Shown: positions 24,005-64,000 of the stretch, one piece after another
Numbering within the stretch: position 1 is the stretch's first letter
Layout: every line of letters begins with the position of its first letter
Made by a program: the position numbers and the translations under genes
Assembly (NCBI GenBank): GCA_963693365.1
Contig: CAVNZM010000007.1
Location: forward strand, 6,569,962-6,633,961
Length of the DNA stretch: 64,000 nucleotides
DNA from: Amoebidium appalachense
Taxonomy: Eukaryota; Protista; Ichthyosporea
Direction: 5' to 3'
Notes under the pieces: generated by a model
Database searches by the model: none
Told to the model about the DNA's origin: nothing
The model's input: only the letters and a program-made list of their open reading frames with translations

Positions 24005-24805
24005 ATGAGTGTGATGCCACTCACCTCACAAATTCAGCACAATTTCGCTGGTTTGTGCCGCCAACTGGAAGATGACGTGGCTAAAGAGAAAGCAACACTA
24101 ACCCGTGAACGTGCACAGTTCGAAGAAGAAAAGAGACAGTGGAAACAGGTGGCCACCAGAATCCAAAGGCTCCAGAAAACAGAACGTATTCTCCTGGATG
24201 TTGGAGGTCAGAAAATCACCACCACTGTCGCAACGTTGTCAGCTTTCCCCGGCTCTGTTCTAGAAGAGTTGGTTTCTGGTAACGACGCAAAGCGAAACCC
24301 AGATGGGTGCATTTCTCTGGACGCCGACGCCACCACTTTTCAGCTCGTGCTGGATTACTGCCACTACAAAGCGCTGCCCAGCAACATCACTCTGACACAG
24401 AAGGAGGCCCTCATCCAACTTGCCAACGTTCTTATGATTCCCATTTCGTTTCAGCCCGCTCGTGAATCCGATGTTTCGTCAGATGTCCCAGCCGTAGCGA
24501 ACAAACGCCCCAAGATAACCGGCACAAGCTATGCCACCACCCCTCACGTGTACAAGCAAAACTCACGCTCCAATGGTCAAGACGTGGAAACCGAGCCAGA
24601 AAGTTGCACACTCACACACCCAACCAAGAAACGTAAACCCCTACATCCCTATGTGGAGAACTATCACCTTCCAGTTGACGAGCACAACTTTGTCTCGTGC
24701 AAAGAGGAGTTCTATCCGTACGACGAGGAGGCAAACGACATGAATCTGCTGGACACGAGCTACCCGGACGGCGATCTTGTGGTTGATTCCGAGCCTGATG
24801 AGTAA
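24005..24805 (+). CDS. Intronless BTB/POZ (KCTD/T1-type) domain protein with N-terminal coiled coil, 266 aa
   Basis: Single clean ORF. Coiled coil LEDDVAKEKATLTRERAQFEEEKRQW; T1-BTB signature RILLDVGGQKITTTVATLSAFPGSVLEELVSG...GCISLDADATTFQLVLDYC; basic NLS-like PTKKRKP; acidic tail. Confidence 0.85.
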   Translation: MSVMPLTSQIQHNFAGLCRQLEDDVAKEKATLTRERAQFEEEKRQWKQVATRIQRLQKTERILLDVGGQKITTTVATLSAFPGSVLEELVSGNDAKRNPDGCISLDADATTFQLVLDYCHYKALPSNITLTQKEALIQLANVLMIPISFQPARESDVSSDVPAVANKRPKITGTSYATTPHVYKQNSRSNGQDVETEPESCTLTHPTKKRKPLHPYVENYHLPVDEHNFVSCKEEFYPYDEEANDMNLLDTSYPDGDLVVDSEPDE

Positions 24806-25415
24806 AAACGACATAACACGGCCGTGTCACACTTGCATCCCACTTGGACATCATAAGGTACAAGCACCAACTCCTCATGTGATACTATAATATGTACTCA
24901 TTTAACCTTTTCAAGATGCTGTTCTTGTTTTTTCCTACAGTAAGCAGCTACAACCACTTAGTCACTTTGAGTGATGTCTCCATGCGGCTTCTGGCATACC
25001 TTGTATGTCGCCACAGTAGTAGGCCTGGCCTTTTGTACATGCCTGGGAGACAAACAACCACTCAATCTTTTCCACAATTAGGTGGTTTACTGATGGCTGC
25101 GCCATAAAGATACGAAACGTTCCTTGGATTTGTTCCCATAAACTACATATGTAGCCAGAGCATAAGGCTACCAGTTGTGACCTTTTGAACACACAGAAGA
25201 GCTTTATTATAGCCTTCGCTTTGTTGCCCCTTCATAAGTAACAACTTGGTGCTTGTTATTCATATTTTCACTTCATCGGCTCAAGTTCGGAGTAGTCAGC
25301 AGAGGTAAAACAAGCAGACTTGTTCAAACGAAGAAACATTTTGTACATACAGCACATCAACACATTTGGACCTCAAATTATCGCTGGTGCTTGTGTGCAT
25401 TTTGCGGCACTTGCC

Positions 25416-25418
<3 letters not shown>

Positions 25419-25492
<74 letters not shown>
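25419..25492. repeat. Poly-C tract (74 nt) between the convergent BTB and GDSL genes
   Basis: Uninterrupted C run. Confidence 0.85.
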
Positions 25493-25667
25493 ACCCCAAA
25501 AGGCATACTAAGTTCCTGCATATTAATTTCCAAAAAATAGAAGGAGACAGATCGAAGAGACTACTTAATGAAGAAGCATTCAATAATACCGCACTCATGC
25601 CATTCAGTAACCCGGCATATATATACAAAGGGATACGTTCCTTCAAAATGAGCACATACCACGCAAC

Positions 25668-26962
25668 TTACAGCGCCAGGAGGCTCACACTAGCCAAGGC
25701 ATGGTTTTCTTGCGCCGACGTGTTCGGCAGATGGTCAACATTCTTCAGTCTTGGAACAATTTCGGACGAAATCACCTCAGCACATGCCTCCCCGAGCAGC
25801 TTGTGCATTTTTTGCCGTTGGGTGGAACGCATCATAGAAGATGTACTCATCGGCCGAAGAAGAAACATCAGAATCTTGTGCTTGGGTGCTGTAGGATATG
25901 CTACCGTGCGAAAAACCAAATTCGGCAGGTGAGGCACACACATTGCCAACAAGCTCCTGCTGCCGGAACACAGAGACGATGGTGTCGGTATTCTGCTCGC
26001 GGAAGGCCTCAACATACACGTGCAGGCTGCGGTTATATATGGCAGCACCAAAACTAAATGCTGTTCGCTGCAAAAATGCTCGGATCCCAGAAGGGATACG
26101 TGCCGAGAGGAGGCATTTCCGTCACGATAAAAACACGTGCACCAACCTCATCGTGTAGTCTCTGCATAGCACGAACGAGGTTGTGTGCTATGACGGCCGG
26201 GCGTGGAAGTTGTGGCTTCTTTCCGTGGACGGAGAAGTAAAAGTCGTTGCCGGCCAACGAAAGAACATACACGGTTTGGTAGTCGCCTGCGTGTGAAGCA
26301 AAGGTGTGTTCGCTGCGGAAGGCATCAATGTACAGCTCAACTTGCTGCAAAAGACCCGGCACGGGAACTTCACTGTTGGCTCCTGTGAAACCCTGCAAGG
26401 AGAGAAAGCTTTAGTACTCGGTAAAGGAAGATGCCTGAAAGTCGAACGAAAATAGGTTTGATAAGGCATAGAGGAAGTGTGTCGGGTAACCACAGAGAAA
26501 GTTATCGTAACAAAAGGTGAAACAGCTAACTTCGAAAAAAAATCACGCGAACCCCGACCTTTGCACCTTCGCAAGATGCCATGACAATAACACCAGAAGG
26601 GCACAAAAGCAAAGACATACAAAACGCAGAAGCGTTAGCTAGACAAGAACAACATGTAAATTTCACAAACACACCTCTATGGTAGCGTTATCCGATGTTG
26701 CTCCTCCGTGTGCAAAGTTCCACGTCACTGCATTTGGAAACGCCATCTGAGACGCGTGCTCATGCCATAGCAACCCGTTCGAGAACCTTCCCTTGTGGTA
26801 GGCATCACGTGGCCAAGTGCCGTTTGTGAGCTCGTGCACTCTCCCCGTGTCCGACCAGCTGTCACCAAAAACACACACACGCCGCACGGGAGATGTGTGT
26901 GTTTTGGTGTCGGAGAGAAGCTCAAATGGGTTGGTGATGGTGTGTGAAGTGTTTGGAGGCAT
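25668..26962 (-). CDS. GDSL/SGNH-family esterase/lipase, 2 coding exons; two +1 homopolymer frameshifts (assembly error or recent pseudogene)
   Basis: Exon 26962-26675: block I VFGDSWSDTG, GRFSNGLLW, block II NFAHGGAT. Exon 26392-25668: block III LAGNDF, block V YIFYDAFHPT. The frame is restored by removing one base from the run at 26072-26076 and one from 25808-25813, giving ...HPTAKMHKLLGEACAEVI.... Confidence 0.85.
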
Positions 26963-27409
26963 TTTTAGAACTGTGAAACGACACTGGCCCTACAGTACAC
27001 CAAACTAACTAGCCTATAGGGAAAGGGAAAACATGTACAGCCCAAAGTAGTTACTCCTCCGAGACTACGAACGTGAGTGCTGTATACGTGATGAAGCTAG
27101 GCGATCCACTGCTAAAACACTCCATATGAAACTTGAAGGGCTCGGTTTTCAAGCGAAATGCAAGGAACAGGCTAGCTGAAGATGTGAAGTGAACTGTTGA
27201 GTGTTGACTGTAGTGAAAGCAACTTTTCAGGTGATTTCGAAGAAGTGGGCCCTGGTAATGCTGGTATGCGTTTTGGCCCGGAGCGGCACGGTGCGTGCAA
27301 AAGTTATTAGCCTTATTTGGGTTGAACAAAAAGGAATCCTGGTAACGTGTTCCAATCGGAACGGGTTTTGGAACATTCATTAGATAATTTAAAATTTAGA
27401 TTGCACTAT

Positions 27410-27560
27410 GCGTAGTGCGATTGGCTGACCTAATTTCAGCCAATAGGAAGCGTGAAATTTAGATTTGGCCCTCGAGCACTGGCCAACAAAAACGTGATGT
27501 GGGTCAAAAACCCAATGACGTTTGTCATTTATTTTAACTCTAAAAAGGGGCGGGCCCAAC
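27410..27560. promoter_or_regulatory. Candidate promoter (CCAAT and GC boxes) upstream of the GDSL gene
   Basis: GATTGGCT (27419), AGCCAATAG (27438), CCCAATG (27511) and GGGGCGGG (27547) clustered within 140 bp. Confidence 0.35.
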
Positions 27561-28325
27561 GGGGACCGTGAATGATTGTATAGATATTATTTTATTTTAA
27601 ATCTTACACAAACTGTACGGTGCTCATCTTATTCTATTCCTGGTTAATATTAGCAAACTCGTGCACCGTTTACAGTTGAAATCCGTGCCCTATGCTACAC
27701 AGCCTACACCGTGTTGCTGTACATGTGCCCCGGCCCCCGGCGGGCCGGCCCCATGATTGATGATCCATGGCATATGATTGGCAATCGATATCAGGCACAG
27801 ATCATGAGCCCGCACCGGACTTGAAGGCCCGGCCGCCCGAGCCCAGGGAAAGTCCGACTGCGCTCGCCCTACATAAAAGTGCAGCCAGACGCGCACGCGT
27901 GCACGTGTGTGTGTGTGTGTGTGCGTGTGTGTGCGTGTGTGTCTGTGTGCGTAAGGGAGCTCAAGAGGAGAGCTCGAGGGAGGGAAGACCCAAGCTTGGA
28001 TGAGGGAGCGATCGAGGGAGGGAGGGACATGGAGGCCTGGAGGCCGAGACGGGCTCGATCGCGAGCGAGGGAAAAAGGGAGGGAGGGAGGAGGATCTAGG
28101 AGGGAGGGAGGCCGGGAGCCCTAGGGACACGGGTACTAGCTGGGAGGGAGAGAGCGAGCTCGAGGGAGACGTAGGAGGAAGCTTAATTAAGAGAGGGAGG
28201 GAGAGGGAGAGGGGGGGGGGATGGGGGGGGGGGGGGATGCATGGGGCGCGGGCGGGAGGAGGACCGTCACGAGAAACTGAGAGACAAAATTGAAGGGAGA
28301 GCGAGAGGGAGGGGGAGAGAGACTC

Positions 28326-28615
<290 letters not shown>

Positions 28616-28789
28616 GTACTGATATGACGCGCTTACTTTTTTATGGCGACACTATATCGCTCTCTGAGGACACAATAAGCATGATGAACAAACTTTGTAA
28701 ACATTTGTGGGTCTTATACATAGACGGTGTGGCCTTGTCTCGTTTGCCTGACTGTACAGGCGGTAGCCAGTGCCAGAGCGGTAGCCTAG

Positions 28790-30660
28790 ACATTCACTGA
28801 GCCTGAGTTTGTGGGGACATGCAATGATTATGGCGACATGCATGCAGCTAATCCTCTGGGTCAAAAGTTTGAAACTTTGGAGCAAAGGTAACAGGCAAAG
28901 CGCGACTTTTGGAGCAAACGGGAGTTTCGAGGCGTACCTACTGGCAAGAAAAGTAATAAAAAAAGGTTCTTGTAAGATTAGAACTCACAGAGTGGTGGTA
29001 GGTTCTTGCCATCGTTTCTTACATAGAAGCTGGAGGAAAACATGAGCTGTTAGCTCGTAACCTTCATGATCCGCATGCATAGATGCATAGCCAGCGCCCA
29101 GGCTGGCTCTGCCTCTGGCGACGACAGTGGAGTCTTGTGCTCTCTGAGTGAGTATGGTTTCCATAAACACGGTATGGAGGAAACAGTGGAGCTTGTCCAA
29201 TTAGCTTTCCAGAAGGGCATGTTACAGGGAGATCTCTGTATACACGGGTTGAAACTTCTGGGGGTGTCTGTCATGCTCACTACAGGTTCTTTGAAAAGCT
29301 CCACCGTGAGTGTTCTGACCCCTCACATAAACTGACGCCCAACGATCAGGAAAATTTTAATGGCTGTCGAACGGCAACACCAGCTATCACACGCAGAGTC
29401 TACCCCCTCGGCACGAATTCATCCCCAAAAGACCGCTCATCTGTCAAGCCTGTAGAATGCGGAGAAGCCGAGAGAAACCGAAACACAGCTCTGGGAAGGA
29501 GAACGCTAACCCAACACGCACACAGCCAGCAAGAGCAGCTAGATCGGTTCAACAAACACCCCGGGTTGCCACCGGCCTCCTCAAAACACACGTTAGCAAA
29601 CGGCTAGCTTTGGCAGAAGTATCCGTCAACCTCACCTCACCAGCCAACGTTGGCAGCGATGAGAAAGTGTCCTTGCCCATTTCTTCGTCTGCCACACCCA
29701 CGATCTACGATTCCCTTCCACCCCTTAGATTCACACCCTACAGAAAGCCCAGCACAGCCTTATCTGAGCAACAGGTAGTGCAACCTTACCGTCACACCGT
29801 TAACGTTCGAGCCCCTACCAGCACCTTACATCGCCCCCTAAGCCCCTCAAGTGTGGACACTCTACCTCCCCTCGGCTCTCAAAACAACATCCACCCCTTC
29901 TCAATGCCGCATGCTATCCAGCCGTCATACCTGGAACCAACCCCTTTTCCAAGCCACCCAGGCTCTCTACCAATAGGCAACTACGTTCATGCAGGCACCC
30001 ATAACGTTTCTGCGTGCGCGCACACTACGACACAAAGCTTCAGCACTCCTTTTGTAGTGACTCCACCTACCCCGACCATTCTGCCTTCTCTTCCCACCCA
30101 TAACTTCTCAATCCCTGCAGCCTGGCACAAAACTCACCTATACCATCCCACTCACTGTCCAAGAGATATGGAACCGTTCTGCGCCTGTAGCGGGGGGTTG
30201 CGAAGTCTCCCTCTCTGCAAACCCAACCGATTCCTCAGCAGACACTTACATACACCATCAAGAAATTTGGTGGCTGGCGGAGAAGAGGTGGTTTTGGATG
30301 ATGCCACCGTCGAGCAAGTGTGCCAACTTTATTTACAACGAAAGGTGGGATGCCTGTCCACACGTCTGCATCGTCTCCAGAAAAATCATGTCCATATTTC
30401 GTTTGAACCGGAAGAATACCAGAAACTAGCGGAGGATGCTGCACCTGGTTTATTCGAGTGTTTGCAGCAAGCAGGCACACGGCACGACCCATACTGGACA
30501 GCACAAACAGGACTTAATACAACGCCGAACTGTTGAAGCGTGCTCCCTTCTACACACAAAACCAAGCGTGCAATCAATACCAAAAGCAGATGGGAAACCA
30601 GACGGTGCCAACTGGACCCAAACGTATATGCATCACAACAGCGCACGTGCATGGTAGTGA
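28790..30660 (+). pseudogene. Decayed intronless coding block, possibly a DNA-transposon remnant
   Basis: Microsatellite-free sequence with broken ORFs (29066-29335, 29457-30536) and scattered stops/frameshifts. Across three frames it reads EDAAPGLFECLQQAG...QDLIQRRTVEACSLL...QNQACNQYQKQMG, which from memory resembles the N-terminal region of DUF6589-type transposon-associated proteins. Not verified by search. Confidence 0.35.
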
Positions 30661-31672
30661 ACGCAAGTGTGGTTGAGCAATACTGTGGTTGAATGTTTTT
30701 AGTTCTACACGGCGCGATTGGTCTGTATGTTTGTGCTGAATAAACTTGCAGTACTGTAATGTATAACATCAAATCATAAGTGATACCTTTGGGAATGGTA
30801 GTGCACACATCGGTTCCGTAGGCTGCAGTCATGTTCAGCCGAGACTGCTTCACCATTAAACATCGTTGGCTTGAGCTCTATCACATATCATACTCTCCTT
30901 CTGTAATAAAGCACTGTTGTATATGCCAGTGGCTGATGGAGTGGCCTTGGCAAGTGGTCTCCGGTCCGGTTGGGGCGTCTCCCGTTTCGCCCAGCCTGCT
31001 CATGAGACTTCATACGAGGGGGGGGGGGGGGGGGGGGGGGGGGGAGGGGGGCCATATGTTTTGGGGGGGGGGGAGGGGGGGGAGCCTCGGGTTCGCCGGG
31101 AGGGGGAGGGGGAGGCGGGTCGCGGGGGGGGAATTCACTCGGTGGGGGGGCGGAGGCAAGGCCTCCTACTATTTAGGAGGCCTTGGGCGGAGTGCCCGGG
31201 GGGGGGTGGGGGCCGGGGTGTAGGGGGGGGGGGGGGGGGGGGGGGAGGGGGGGAGGGGGGAAGGATTTGTGGATGATTGGCCTAAAGGGCACCGCCTTAC
31301 GTTATTGGTGAGCCATCCTCCTAGACTAGCTACGTAATCAGGGTCTTCGGAAACAAAAGGACTCAAGGAGGCCTTGAAACAAGTGACTGGCCGCAGACGC
31401 CAACAGGCCGGGCACAGACAGCACAGACAGACAGACAGAGGAGCCACGACAGGAGGGAGTGTACTGATGTTAACAAGCATGATGGTTCGTAGAGCTTGGT
31501 TAGTGTTTCAATGAATGTACGGCCGGAAAAGTTATAATTCTTTGCAGTCATGAGTGTTGCGATGGTTCGTTCGCATGATGCTTCGACCTTCAAGTAATTG
31601 ATCGCTGTTTCGTTGCGCACTTCACAGTCATATAAATCGGTTTGTTTCCTGTATCTAGTTGAGAAACCAAAG

Positions 31673-63365
<31,693 letters not shown>

Positions 63366-64000
63366 CATGAATGAACCGGTGTAGTTGTCTGCGTTTTCTT
63401 TAAGAAAAGAGTTGGAGTTGGGGGTTTGGGGCGGGGGGAGGGGGGTGGGGGGGGAGGCACTAGAAAGGTACGAATGTTGTGGGTCTGTTGTCCATCATTC
63501 TAAAATATGGTGGAGCAGAGTGTTTGTGCATAATCCGTGTGTACAGATGTTCAAATCGTGAGGCATTATTGTGGTGTACATGTGTACGGTTTGCATATCT
63601 TCATACGCTACACCGTATACAGTCATCTCTGCCTACTGTAGATTCTGAATTGTTTCATTCTCAGCTATGAGTGTACCTGTGTACCGTTGCTGAATTTGCG
63701 CGAAACACCTTTTGAAGCGGCCGCATGTCTATTCATCTAGAAAGCAGTTTTTGCTTTTGTGTGCGTATGCCTGAATGACCTGCATCGAAGCATGCAAAAA
63801 AGGAGTTTTGAAATTTCATAGAGTTGTCTTGACCAAAAAACTTAACGGTATGAATTCTTTGCAATAAATTGCCGAATGTGCATCTTTTTACAACTCGAAA
63901 GAATACCGGGGGGACAAGATTGCAAATTATAAAACCGGGTAAACTTGAAAGGCTATGGCCCCCCCTCCCCCTCCCCCCCCCCCCCCCCCCCCCCCCCCCC

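Overview
Eukaryotic, very intron-rich genomic DNA, probably from a unicellular opisthokont (a guess, not provable from the sequence). Introns are packed with poly-C/poly-G tracts and (CA)n/(GT)n/(GA)n microsatellites, so nearly all of the supplied ORF track is spurious. Manual splicing recovers six genes. (1) A 3'-truncated class I SAM-dependent methyltransferase (-). (2) An FKBP11-like ER membrane PPIase (-). (3) A PX-domain protein (+). (4) An intronless KCTD-type BTB/POZ protein (+). (5) A GDSL/SGNH hydrolase with two homopolymer frameshifts (-). (6) A complete 36-exon, ~1459-aa VPS15/PIK3R4 gene (+, 31673-63365). There are also two TIR MITEs, a multi-copy foldback element, a decayed transposon-like ORF block and a minisatellite. 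Two signals stand out. First, about a third of mapped 3' splice sites have a pure sense-strand (CA)n tract running into the terminal CAG in place of a polypyrimidine tract, often with no (GT)n pairing partner. Second, splice junctions are repeatedly tandem-duplicated, most strikingly around VPS15 exon 28, where the copies could act as alternative micro-exons or intron-gain intermediates.
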